DNA of 64,000 bases, taken from NCBI GenBank assembly GCA_963832165.1, contig CAWHTE010000004.1:256001-320000 (forward strand), given 5' to 3'. Positions 53,740 through 63,209 of the stretch are shown here, one piece after another. The notes beneath the pieces are model-generated. The model searched no databases. It saw nothing but the letters and a program-made list of their open reading frames with translations, and was not told the origin of the DNA. Each line of letters opens with the position of its first letter. Position 1 is the first letter of the stretch. Origin of the DNA: an uncultured delta proteobacterium (GTDB taxonomy: Bacteria; Myxococcota_A; UBA9160; SMWR01). Made by a program: the position numbers and the translations under genes.

Positions 53740-56589
53740 CTAGTCGGCGGGATGCTCGTAGCCGTCGTTCCACGACGCGGGGAAGCGGCCGGTATCCGCG
53801 TAGCTCTGCGCGTCGCGCAGACCCCGCTCGCAGAACGGGCCGAACCCGCCCTGTTCCCGGCAGTGCCGCCACAGCGCCGCGATCGTCTGCGGAGGGAAGG
53901 GCAGCGCGGGGTAGTAGCGATCGAGGTACGCGCTCGTCTGCCGCGTCATCTCGGCCGGGGATCCGCCCACGCCGCCTGCGGCGGGTGCGCCGTAGAGGAA
54001 GCGCAGCAGTCCCAGCAGATCGTCCGAGAGCTCGTCCTTCGACTTCGCGCGCCAGATCGCGATCTGCCCGTCGACGTCCGGCTGCGCCTCGCGCTGCGAC
54101 GCCCACGCGGCGATCAGCGTCGGGCAGTGGGGAAGCCGGACCGAGCAGGCGCGCGAGATCATCGCATCCCAGATCGGCTCGGGCGGTCCGTGCTCGAAGC
54201 GATCCAGATAGCGGCGCAGCAGCGACCGCTGCGGTCCCTCGACGGCGGCCCTTCCGTAACCCAGGAACGGCAGCCGCGCGAGTCTGCCGGCGAAGAAGCC
54301 GCGCCCGGCTTCGTAGCTCAGGCGCGGATGCAGGAGCGAATGCGCGAACCCCGCGCGCGACGGGACGCGGAGCACGCCGAGCGGCGCGCTCTCGTGCACG
54401 AGCAGCTCGGAGAGATCACGCACGCCGATCCGCGCGAGAGCCGCGGCGAAATCGGGCTGCTTTGCGCGCGCCTCGATGCGCGCGAGGTCGAGCGCTCCCG
54501 CTCCGCGCACACCGACCAGCAGGAGATCCGTCGAACGCGCGCGCCAGAGGGCCGCCTGATCGAACGCCTCGGTGAAGTTCTGGAGCACGAGCTGGATGCT
54601 GCGGTTGTTGTTCTCGTAGGTGTGGAACCACTGGACGTACACGCCACCGGGTGTGAGTCGGTCGCGGGCCGCACGCAGGAACTCCCGGCTGAACAGCATC
54701 TCGACGCCCGCGACCCAGGGGTTGCTCGGCTCCGAGACGATCACGTCGAAGCGGTCGTCGCTGCGCAGCAGCGCGCGATAGGCGTCGCTGCGCAGGTGTC
54801 GGATCTTGGGGTGGTGTGAGGCGCCGTTGTTCGCGAAGTCGAACCACGGCGCCGCGCCGAGCACGCCCGACGAGATCTCCGCCACCGTCACCGAGCGCAT
54901 GCCGTCGAGCGCAGCCAGATACCCCGCCGTGATCCCCGTGCCGTAGCCGATCACGAAGGCGCGCTCGGGCTCGTCGCAGAGAAGCGCCGGGATCAGCGCG
55001 GCCATCGCCATCGTGTAGAGGTCGGCGCTCGTGTTTCCGTCGGACTTGCCGTTCACCACGATCGAGACGCTGTCGCCGCTGCCTTTCGCCGCCACCACCG
55101 AGCTGGTCGGATCGTCGTCGTGGAACAGGATCGTCTCGCGCGGCGCGGCATCCGGTCCCAGAGAGGTCCAGGGCCGCGGCGTCGGAACCCGGAACAGGCC
55201 CGCGGAGAGCCGGGCGGGATCCCACGGCGGAAGCCACAGCAGCGCGAGCAGTGCGGCGGCGCCCGCGATCGAGCCGCCGAGGCGGTGACGCGTCACGAGT
55301 GCCGCAGCCAGCACGAACGCGGCCAACGCGATCCGGAACACGTGATGGAGATCGAGCCAGAACAACAGCGCGTAGCCGCCGGCCAGTGCGCCGAGCAGCG
55401 AGCCGATCGTGTTCTGGCTGTACAGGCGGCCTGCGTTCGCACCGAGCTCGCCGAAGCTCCGGCGCAGCGCATCGAACAAGAGCGGCAGTACGGCACCCGA
55501 GAGCGCGATCACGGGGCCGATCGAGAGCAGCGTGGCGAGGAACGCCGCGCCGTAGAAGCGATGGAAGTTCACCTCGCTGCTTTCGAACTGCGTGCGCAGC
55601 ACGTGGCCCCAATAGGGCGCCTCGTCGACGCGCGTGTAGAGGAGTCCGAAGCCGAGCACGAGCGTCCAGAGGGTTGCCGGAAGGACTGTGCGCCCGATCC
55701 GCGGCAGCGCAGAGACCACGAGACTGCCGGCCGCGATCGCGAGCACGAACGCGGCGACGACGATCGCGAAGGTGAACTCCGAGGATCCGAGCGTGAGGCC
55801 GCCGACCCGGATCAGGACCGCCTGACACGTCATCGAGCCGAAGCCGACCAGCAGCGCGGCGAACGCGTACGCGCGCGATCCCGCCGGGGCAGGGCGATCC
55901 GACTCGGAGCGCGCATCGAGCGGTGCTGCGGCGCGGTGGCGCACGCCGAGCAGCGCGAAGATCGCGCCGGCACCCAGGTTGATCACGCCCATCGCGCGCG
56001 CGACGCCGTCCAGCCCGATCCACGGCACGAGCGCGAAGCCCGCGACGAGCGCCCCCGCGAACGCGCCCGCGGTGTTGGTCGCGTACACGAGTGCGTGGAG
56101 CCGGGTCGAGTCTTCGACGCTGCGCGCGAGCGCCTGGGTCAGGACCGGGATCGTCGCGCCCATCAACACGGATGGCGGGCCGATCAGCGCGGCCGCGAGC
56201 GCGACATCCGCGGAGAACGCGACGAGCCCACCGCCCGTGGGAAGCCAGAGCGAAACCTGCTGCGCGGCGCGAAACAGCCACGGGAACAGCAGCGCGTAGA
56301 CGCCGATCGCGCCCTCGACGCCGCCGTAGAAGAGGAGCAGCGCGGGCGGGCGCTCGTTCTCGCGCGCACGCGCCACGAGCGCGCGCGTGATCGTGCCGAA
56401 CAGCCGGTAGCCCGCGGACAGGCCGCCCAGGAAGATCGCGAGCACCGCCGCGGTGGCCTCGCTGTGCGCGCCCAGCAGCGTGGCCAGATAGCGCTGCCAG
56501 GTCACCTCGTAGGCGAGCCCCGCGAAGCCTGTGAGTGCCGTGAGCAGCAGCGCGAGAACGCGGATCAGGGATTGACTCTCGCGCTGCAA
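53740..56589 (-). CDS. Fused MFS-like / spermidine-synthase-like protein (subfamily 1)
   Basis: TGFAGLAYEVTW, YATNTAGA, VNGKSDG, IGYGTGIT, AEISSGV and DVIVSEPSNPWVAGVEMLFSREF. Confidence 0.88.
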   Translation of the reverse strand: MQRESQSLIRVLALLLTALTGFAGLAYEVTWQRYLATLLGAHSEATAAVLAIFLGGLSAGYRLFGTITRALVARARENERPPALLLFYGGVEGAIGVYALLFPWLFRAAQQVSLWLPTGGGLVAFSADVALAAALIGPPSVLMGATIPVLTQALARSVEDSTRLHALVYATNTAGAFAGALVAGFALVPWIGLDGVARAMGVINLGAGAIFALLGVRHRAAAPLDARSESDRPAPAGSRAYAFAALLVGFGSMTCQAVLIRVGGLTLGSSEFTFAIVVAAFVLAIAAGSLVVSALPRIGRTVLPATLWTLVLGFGLLYTRVDEAPYWGHVLRTQFESSEVNFHRFYGAAFLATLLSIGPVIALSGAVLPLLFDALRRSFGELGANAGRLYSQNTIGSLLGALAGGYALLFWLDLHHVFRIALAAFVLAAALVTRHRLGGSIAGAAALLALLWLPPWDPARLSAGLFRVPTPRPWTSLGPDAAPRETILFHDDDPTSSVVAAKGSGDSVSIVVNGKSDGNTSADLYTMAMAALIPALLCDEPERAFVIGYGTGITAGYLAALDGMRSVTVAEISSGVLGAAPWFDFANNGASHHPKIRHLRSDAYRALLRSDDRFDVIVSEPSNPWVAGVEMLFSREFLRAARDRLTPGGVYVQWFHTYENNNRSIQLVLQNFTEAFDQAALWRARSTDLLLVGVRGAGALDLARIEARAKQPDFAAALARIGVRDLSELLVHESAPLGVLRVPSRAGFAHSLLHPRLSYEAGRGFFAGRLARLPFLGYGRAAVEGPQRSLLRRYLDRFEHGPPEPIWDAMISRACSVRLPHCPTLIAAWASQREAQPDVDGQIAIWRAKSKDELSDDLLGLLRFLYGAPAAGGVGGSPAEMTRQTSAYLDRYYPALPFPPQTIAALWRHCREQGGFGPFCERGLRDAQSYADTGRFPASWNDGYEHPAD

Positions 56590-56613
56590 TTCACGGCCTC
56601 GGCGCCACCTCCG

Positions 56614-57495
56614 TCAGCTGCGGAGCGCGAAGGCGGCGTTCGAGATGACGGGCGTGCCGCGGTCCACGCTCTGCACCTCGACGAGCAGCTTGTCCTTCTC
56701 GCGCCACCACGACGTGCGCAGGGTCTCGCCCGGGAACACGACGCCCGCGAAGCGCGCCGAATAACGCGACACCCGCGTGGGATCTCCATCGAGCGCCGCG
56801 TCGACGACGGCCTTGCACACGATCCCGAACGAGCACAGTCCGTGCAGGATCGGGCGGTCGAACCCGCCGCGCTTTGCGAACTCGGGATCGGCGTGGAGCG
56901 GATTCTTGTCGCCGTTCAGGCGATAGAGCAACGCCTGCTGGGGCAGCGTCTGCGAGTCGACGGTGCCGTCGGCGGCGCGCTCGGGGCGCTGGTTCGCGGG
57001 CGGAGGTCCCGAAGGTCCGCCGAAGCCGCCTTCGCCGCGCATGAACAGCGACATGCGGTTGGTGAACAACGGACCCTGCGCGTCGCTCGACGCGTACTCC
57101 ATCACCACGAGCGCGGCCTTGCCCTTGTCCCAGATCTCCGCGACACGTCCGCGCGTGGAGAGCTCCGCCGCGGTCGGCAGCGGGCGATGGATCTCCACGT
57201 CCTGCTCGCCGTGCAGGAGCATCGCGGGGTTGTAGTCGAGGCCGGGTACCTTGACGAACCCGCCGCCTCCTCCCTTCTCGCGCCGCGCGCGCGCGGTCAT
57301 CCCGGCGGAGGCGACCACCGCGAAGCTCGGCAGCACCTTGAGGTTCTTTTCGAACGTGTACTCGAGCTCGGCGGGCTCGGTGGCGCTGAAGCCCGCGCCG
57401 ATTCCGAGGTGGTAGAGGATCACATCGTCGGGGCCGTAGCTTCCCGTGGTCTCGCCGAGCGTGGCGCCCAGCGCTTTCTCGCGATCGATCGGCAT
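56614..57495 (-). CDS. MaoC-like (R)-specific enoyl-CoA hydratase, double hotdog fold
   Basis: ILYHLGIG, LLHGEQ, YRLNGDKNPLHADP, ILHGLCSFG and VFPGETL. Confidence 0.92.
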   Translation of the reverse strand: MPIDREKALGATLGETTGSYGPDDVILYHLGIGAGFSATEPAELEYTFEKNLKVLPSFAVVASAGMTARARREKGGGGGFVKVPGLDYNPAMLLHGEQDVEIHRPLPTAAELSTRGRVAEIWDKGKAALVVMEYASSDAQGPLFTNRMSLFMRGEGGFGGPSGPPPANQRPERAADGTVDSQTLPQQALLYRLNGDKNPLHADPEFAKRGGFDRPILHGLCSFGIVCKAVVDAALDGDPTRVSRYSARFAGVVFPGETLRTSWWREKDKLLVEVQSVDRGTPVISNAAFALRS

Positions 57496-57899
57496 CGAGA
57501 GCTCCTGGATGGGTTTCGGGGCGCGAGCATACACTTCAACCACCGCCGCCCTAGGCGATTCGCGGAGGCATGCTGCCCCGACGTGACAGCGCCCCGTCGG
57601 GGGCTAGAGTCAGCTTCCGGACCGAGCTGCAGCTGTGGTGCACGTGATTACCCGGTCGCGGGATCAGTCGCAACCCACTGATCTCACTGTGAAATCGGAT
57701 TCGAGGGAGATGGATAAATCCCTCTTCAGCGCTTCGGGAGTCCGGCCGAAGAGAGCGGCGTGGTGCGATTCCGTCGTCACCGCGAGTGCCCGAAGGGGCA
57801 CTGACCTCGGATAGAAGCGGCCGATGTGGTGTCGGGCCGCACCCCCCAACTGGAAATCCGACAAACCGTCGGGCCGCTCGATTGAAAATGGAGAACACG

Positions 57900-58082
57900 A
57901 TGCTGAACGTGATGAAGCGCCTGGTCCGTGAGGACGCGGGCATGGAAATGGTGGAATGGTCGATCGTGGGCGTGGTCTTCGCGCTCGCGGGCGCGCTCCT
58001 CTGGAGCACGCTGAAGGACGACATCGACACCGCGCTCACGAACATCGGCGACTGCGTCAAGGACAGCACGGCCTGCCCGTAG
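57900..58082 (+). CDS. flp: Flp family type IVc pilin
   Basis: MLNVMKRLVREDAG|MEMVEW followed by a hydrophobic helix; 60 aa; first gene of the tad locus. Confidence 0.85.
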   Translation: MLNVMKRLVREDAGMEMVEWSIVGVVFALAGALLWSTLKDDIDTALTNIGDCVKDSTACP

Positions 58083-58110
58083 TCGTTGCCGTGAACCCGT
58101 CTCTCACCCC

Positions 58111-58758
58111 GTGAACCCGGAACTGGCACTGGATCGTTCGGATCTCCCGTCCGGCGTGATCTCGAGGTTCGGTGTATCCGCGGCCATCGCGGCAAGTGTG
58201 AGTGCGGGTTTTCTGTGGAGCGCACAGGAATCGCCGCTGCCCGCCACTGTGTGGGCAGCGGCCTTCCTTTTTCTGGCGATCGAGTACGACGTGCGGAGTC
58301 TGCGCATCCCGAACTGGCTCACGGGCGGCGGCCTGGTCGTCGCGCTCGCGCTCGCGGGGTCCACTCGCGGCTCGGTCGGACTGCTGCATGCGCTCGCGGG
58401 CGCGGGCGTCGCACTCGCGGTGCTGCTCGTTCCCTTCGCGTTGCGCTGGCTCGGCGCCGGTGACGTCAAGGCGCTGATGGTGCTCGGCGCGCTGTGGGGG
58501 CGCGAGTTCGTGCTCCCCACCTTGTTCTGGATGTTCGTGGCAGGGGGTGTCCTCGCGATCGCGCTCGTGGTGGCGCGTGGCGAGCTCCGCGATCTCTGTA
58601 CGCGCTGGGGGAGGAGCCTCTGGATCACCCTCTCCACGCGCCGACTCACCTTTTTTGCGCCCGCTCCCGGGTCCGCTGCCGGAGGAGGTTTGCCCTTCGC
58701 CGTCGCGATCGGGGTCGGTGCGTCGATCCATCAGATCTGGGGGTTCCCGTGGGCATGA
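58111..58758 (+). CDS. cpaA: Prepilin peptidase CpaA/TadV (A24)
   Basis: YDVRSLRIPNWL, GAGDVKAL and LPFAVAI. Confidence 0.9.
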   Translation: MNPELALDRSDLPSGVISRFGVSAAIAASVSAGFLWSAQESPLPATVWAAAFLFLAIEYDVRSLRIPNWLTGGGLVVALALAGSTRGSVGLLHALAGAGVALAVLLVPFALRWLGAGDVKALMVLGALWGREFVLPTLFWMFVAGGVLAIALVVARGELRDLCTRWGRSLWITLSTRRLTFFAPAPGSAAGGGLPFAVAIGVGASIHQIWGFPWA

Positions 58759-59178
58759 CAGGCACTCGAGCGCTCAAACGGCGCACGCGCGGCATGGCAA
58801 TGGTGGAGATGGTATTCGTGCTCCCGTTGCTCCTGTTGCTCGTCTTCGCGATTGCGCAATTCGGTCTCATGTTCAGCCGCTGGCTGACGCTAAGCAACGC
58901 AGTGCGCGAAGGTGCGCGCGAGGGTGTTGCATTCCGCGGGCTCGTTTGTCCTGCGGCGGCAGCCACGGTCGAGGCGAACGTGAGGGACAAGGTCGTGACC
59001 TACGCGAACGCGGGCGGAGTCGGCATCTCGGCCGCCGACGTGAACGTGGCGGGCGCGTGCGGCGCCGCCGGCACTCCGCTCACAGGTCGACGCCGACTTC
59101 GACTTCCAGCTCAACATCCCGTTCGCGTCGCTCAACACCATCACCCTGACATATTCATCCACGATGCGTAACGAGTAG
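58755..59178 (+). CDS. tadE: TadE-like pseudopilin with a 1-nt frameshift at about 59085
   Basis: RG|MAMVEMVFVLPLLLLLVFAI...NAVREGAR. The +1 frame from 59086 reads VDADFDFQLNIPF...TYSSTMRNE*, a typical TadE ending. Confidence 0.82.
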
Positions 59179-59215
59179 GCTCGCCGAGCCGATTCGATCC
59201 ATCGGAGGGGTCAAC

Positions 59216-60031
59216 ATGCAGAATCGCCGGGCCTTGATGTTTCTGGTCCTCGCCGTCGCGCTCGGCGTGGGTGCCGCGTTCACCGCGCAGCGCTGGCTCG
59301 AGGACGCGCGGCGCCAGCCCATGGCGGGCGAATCCAACACGCGGCCCGTGGCCGTGATGCGCCAGGATCTCCAGGTGGGGCAGGTCGTGCACGCGCGCGA
59401 GCTCACCACCGTCGACTGGCCGGCCAACCTGGTGCCGCCGGGCGCGCACTCGGATCTCTCGAAGCTCGAGGGACGCGTGGTGCGCCGGCCGCTCGCCGCG
59501 GGCGAGCCGGTGCTCGAGAGCGCGCTGTTGCCCGAGGGCTCGCGCGCAGGCCTGGTCTCGGTGATCGACCCGTCGCGCCGTGCGATCTCGGTGAAGGTGG
59601 ATCCGGTGGTCGGCGTGGCCGGCTTCATCGTGCCGGGCGCGCACGTGGACGTACTCGTGACGATCGACCGCATCGACACCGACGGCAACCCCGTCAGCAA
59701 GGTGATCCTGCAGGACGTCCAGGTGCTCGCGATCGACCAGAAGGTCGAAGAGGCCAAGGAAGGCGAACCGGAGCTCGTGCAGGTCGTGACGCTCGAGACG
59801 AGCCCGCAGGAGGCCGAAAAGCTCACGCATGCCGCCCACGAGGGACGGCTGCAGCTCGCGTTGCGCAACCCGACCGATCGCGAGATCGTCGAGACGCACA
59901 GCGTGGGAGTCGGAGACGTGCTCGGCGATCGCAAGCCGGCGCCGCGCGTCGCTTCGCGGCCGGTACAGCGCTCCGCGGGCGCGGCCGTCGAAGTGATCAA
60001 GGGTTCGCAGGTTTCGGTGCAGAGCTTCTGA
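59216..60031 (+). CDS. cpaB: Flp pilus assembly protein CpaB/RcpC
   Basis: SAF domain; RAISVKVD, GVAGFIVPGAHVDV, ILQDVQVLAIDQ and LQLALRNP. Confidence 0.93.
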   Translation: MQNRRALMFLVLAVALGVGAAFTAQRWLEDARRQPMAGESNTRPVAVMRQDLQVGQVVHARELTTVDWPANLVPPGAHSDLSKLEGRVVRRPLAAGEPVLESALLPEGSRAGLVSVIDPSRRAISVKVDPVVGVAGFIVPGAHVDVLVTIDRIDTDGNPVSKVILQDVQVLAIDQKVEEAKEGEPELVQVVTLETSPQEAEKLTHAAHEGRLQLALRNPTDREIVETHSVGVGDVLGDRKPAPRVASRPVQRSAGAAVEVIKGSQVSVQSF

Positions 60032-60078
60032 GCTCTGCGCTTCGTCGTCCAGTCCACCCCCACGTGGAGTTTCACACC

Positions 60079-61629
60079 ATGATCACTGAATACCCGGGGC
60101 GCCGCCGAGCACCCCTGTGCGCGGCCGGGCCGATCGCGGGGATGGCCGCCGCGCTGTGCCTGTTCGCAACGACTGCGTTCGCCGTCGAGACCGAGGCGCG
60201 CGCGACGCGCGAGCTGATCCCGAGCGGCGCGTTCGGCACGATCGATCTCGAGGCCGCGACCTCGGCCGAGGACGCCGTGCGATCGCTCGCGCTCGAGAAG
60301 GGCAAGTCGGTGATCGTGCGCACGGGCTACGGCGTGACGCGCGTCGCCATGGGCGATCCGCGCATCGCCGACGTCGTGGTGCTGCGCACGCAGGAGATCC
60401 AGATCGTCGCGAAGGAAGTCGGATCGACGAACATCGTGCTCTGGGGCGGCGGCGAGATCCAGGCCGCGATCGACCTCCACGTCGGCGGCGCCTACTCGGC
60501 GATCGAGAGCGAGATCCGGCGCGTGATCGAGGTCGGCGACGTGCACGTCGGTGCGGCGGGCAAGTCGGTGATGCTGACGGGCTCGGTTCCCGATGCGGCC
60601 GCGCTCGAGCGCGTGATGGCCGTGGCGAGTGCGCACTTCGCCGCAGAGAAGGATGATGGCGGGATCGTGAACCTGCTCGAGGTGGGCGGCAACCAGCAGG
60701 TGATGCTCGAGGTGACGGTTTCCGAGATCAACCGCACCAAGAACCGCGGCATCGCGACCAACTTCTTTGGCGAAGTCGTCAGCAACGGGAAGAACTTCCG
60801 GTTCATGAACCGCGTCGACGGTCTGACCAGGCCGATCTTCAACGAGTCGACCGGCGAGATCACGGCCTTCGAGTTCGCGGACAAGATCAACTTCCTCGGC
60901 TCCGCGTTCCCGATCGGTACCGGCGCCTACGAGCTGTTCGTGCACGCGCTCGAAGAGAACGGCGTGGGCAAGATCCTGGCCGAGCCGACACTCGTCGCGC
61001 GCACGGGTGAGACCGCGCGCTTCCTGTCGGGCGGCGAGGTGCCGATCCCGGTCGCGCAGAGCCTCGACCGGATCACCGTGGACTACAAGGAGTTCGGCGT
61101 GGGGGTCGCGTTCACCCCGACCGTGCTCAGCGACAACCGCATCCACATCGACGTGAGCACCGAGGTGAGCCAGATCGACTTCGGCCTCGGCACCGCGGTG
61201 TCGGGTACGACGGCGCCGGGCTTTCGCACGCGGCGCGCGTCGACGGGCGTCGAGGTAGGCGAGGGCCAGACTTTCGCGATCGCGGGCCTGCTGCGCGACG
61301 AGCTGACCGAGAACGTCGCGATGTACCCGTTCCTCGGGCAGATCCCGATCATCGGGGTGCTGTTCCGCAGCTCGACCTACGAGAAGACCTCGACCGAGCT
61401 GGTGCTGCTCGTGCGGCCGCGGCTCGTGAAGCCGCTCGACGCGCGCGCGCTGCCGCCGGTGCCGACCGATTACTTCGACGAGCCGAACTGGTTCGAGTTC
61501 TACCTGCTCGGCCGCGCCGAGGGTTTCAACAATCTCGTCGCGACCGCCGAGCCGCAGGCCGGCTTCGTCGGCGACGCGGGCTACCGTCTCCCGGCCAGCC
61601 CCGAGGAAGATCAGGAGGAGGGGGAATGA
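60079..61629 (+). CDS. cpaC: Tad secretin CpaC/RcpA
   Basis: QVMLEVTVSE, LAEPTLVARTGETARFLSGGEVPIP, YKEFGV, PFLGQIPIIGVLFRS and ELVLLVRPRLV. Confidence 0.95.
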   Translation: MITEYPGRRRAPLCAAGPIAGMAAALCLFATTAFAVETEARATRELIPSGAFGTIDLEAATSAEDAVRSLALEKGKSVIVRTGYGVTRVAMGDPRIADVVVLRTQEIQIVAKEVGSTNIVLWGGGEIQAAIDLHVGGAYSAIESEIRRVIEVGDVHVGAAGKSVMLTGSVPDAAALERVMAVASAHFAAEKDDGGIVNLLEVGGNQQVMLEVTVSEINRTKNRGIATNFFGEVVSNGKNFRFMNRVDGLTRPIFNESTGEITAFEFADKINFLGSAFPIGTGAYELFVHALEENGVGKILAEPTLVARTGETARFLSGGEVPIPVAQSLDRITVDYKEFGVGVAFTPTVLSDNRIHIDVSTEVSQIDFGLGTAVSGTTAPGFRTRRASTGVEVGEGQTFAIAGLLRDELTENVAMYPFLGQIPIIGVLFRSSTYEKTSTELVLLVRPRLVKPLDARALPPVPTDYFDEPNWFEFYLLGRAEGFNNLVATAEPQAGFVGDAGYRLPASPEEDQEEGE

Positions 61630-61916
61630 CGGGCTGGACCTCGATTCTTCGCGGCGCGGCAGCGGCGTGTCTCGCGCTGACCGTCGGTACACCGCTGATC
61701 GGTTGTCAGACGCCGCTCGAGCGCGCCTGGGGCCGCTCGCAGAGTGCTCACACGGCGCAGATGACGGCGAATCCGAAGGCGGGGCTCGACGACAACGAGG
61801 CGCGGCGCCCCGACGGCACGAGCACCGATGCGGCGCTCGTGCGGTGGCGCACCAAGGAGACCAAGCCGGAGACGCCGGCGCCGCCGCCGGTGATCAACAT
61901 CAACTCCGGAGGCTAG
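61626..61916 (+). CDS. Small Tad-associated lipoprotein (possible pilotin)
   Basis: Lipobox-like LIGC; LERAWGRS...QMTANP; overlaps the secretin stop. Confidence 0.7.
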   Translation: MTGWTSILRGAAAACLALTVGTPLIGCQTPLERAWGRSQSAHTAQMTANPKAGLDDNEARRPDGTSTDAALVRWRTKETKPETPAPPPVININSGG

Positions 61917-61918
61917 GC

Positions 61919-63184
61919 GTGGTCGAGCGGCCGACGACAGAGCGACGCGCGGAGCGCGGGTCGGTGATGGTGATCGCCGCACTCGCGATCGTGGCGCTCG
62001 TGTTGTTCATGGCGCTCGCGGTCGACGTCGGCTTCATCTGGGCGAGCCGCACGCAGAGCCAGAACGCGGGCGACGCCGCGGCGCTCGCAGCCGCCGCGAA
62101 GATGATCGCGCAGACGGGCACCGACAAGGCCACGGTCACGCTCAACGATGCGATCACGGAAGGGACCGACTACGCGGCCGACAACGCCACCGTGGCCAAC
62201 GAGTCGGTCACCGTGGTGCCCGGGGACTTCACGTTCGGGAACTGGGATCTGAACACCCGCACGCTCGATACGTCGGTCGACCTGTCCAACCCGGACCAGG
62301 TCACCGCGGTGCGCGTGAACGTGGAGATGGACGGCGCGAAGAACGAGCGCTCGCCTGGGATGCTGTCGCGCATCCTCGAGCGCGGTAACGGCTCGCGGCC
62401 CTACGCCGCCGGCTTCGACATCGCGAACACGTCGGTCGCCTACAAGGGCTTCCAGGGGCACTTCGGAGGGGGAGATTTCGACCTGCCGATCGCGGTCGAC
62501 AGCTGCGAGCTGTCCTCGGACAACGGCTGCGGCAGCGACTTCTGCACGAAGATCGAGAGCAAGACCAAGTGCACGCTCACCAAGCCTCAATCCTCCGACA
62601 ACGGACTGATCTGCGGAGAGTTCGCCAACACCGGCGATCAGAACCTGTGCTTCACGGCGTTCGACGGCGAGAGTGCGTCGATCAGCAACAAGACCCTCCA
62701 GGACTACATCGACTCCGGGAACCCCGGGGACGTCGACGTGGGCGACGACGTCTACCTCGACAACGGCAGCCGTGCGAGCGTGGTCCAGTACCTGCGCGAC
62801 AACTTCTACGGCTGCGGCAAGATCAAGACGGCCCAGGGCAGCAAGCGCTACGGAAGCAGCTACGCCGCCGACTCGTGGGTGGTGTTGCTGCCCGTCGTCG
62901 AGTGCCAGGACAGCGCGCACTGCGCGGGCGGCACGCCGTTCGGGCTCACGGGCGGTGTGTGCTTCGAGATCCGCGAGGTGAGTGCGCCCGGAACCGGGAA
63001 GAGCTGCAATGCTCCCGATTCCAGCACCGGCACGTTCGTCAAGGGCCGCGCGCTGTGCCCGAACTCCTCGGACGCGAACGTCCGCGCTCTCTTCGATCAG
63101 TACTGCCGCAAGGATGATGGCCCCACGGATCCGGGCGGATGTAACTTCGGTCTGCGCGCCGATCGGGTCGTCCTCGTCGAATAG
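61919..63184 (+). CDS. tadG: TadG-like pilus-associated protein, Cys-rich
   Basis: ERG|SVMVIAALAIVALVLFMALAVDVG...QNAGDAAALAAA (Tad N-terminal motif); 14 Cys in the C-terminal half. Confidence 0.8.
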   Translation: MVERPTTERRAERGSVMVIAALAIVALVLFMALAVDVGFIWASRTQSQNAGDAAALAAAAKMIAQTGTDKATVTLNDAITEGTDYAADNATVANESVTVVPGDFTFGNWDLNTRTLDTSVDLSNPDQVTAVRVNVEMDGAKNERSPGMLSRILERGNGSRPYAAGFDIANTSVAYKGFQGHFGGGDFDLPIAVDSCELSSDNGCGSDFCTKIESKTKCTLTKPQSSDNGLICGEFANTGDQNLCFTAFDGESASISNKTLQDYIDSGNPGDVDVGDDVYLDNGSRASVVQYLRDNFYGCGKIKTAQGSKRYGSSYAADSWVVLLPVVECQDSAHCAGGTPFGLTGGVCFEIREVSAPGTGKSCNAPDSSTGTFVKGRALCPNSSDANVRALFDQYCRKDDGPTDPGGCNFGLRADRVVLVE

Positions 63185-63209
63185 CTGCTCAGCCATTGAG
63201 AGAAATTCC

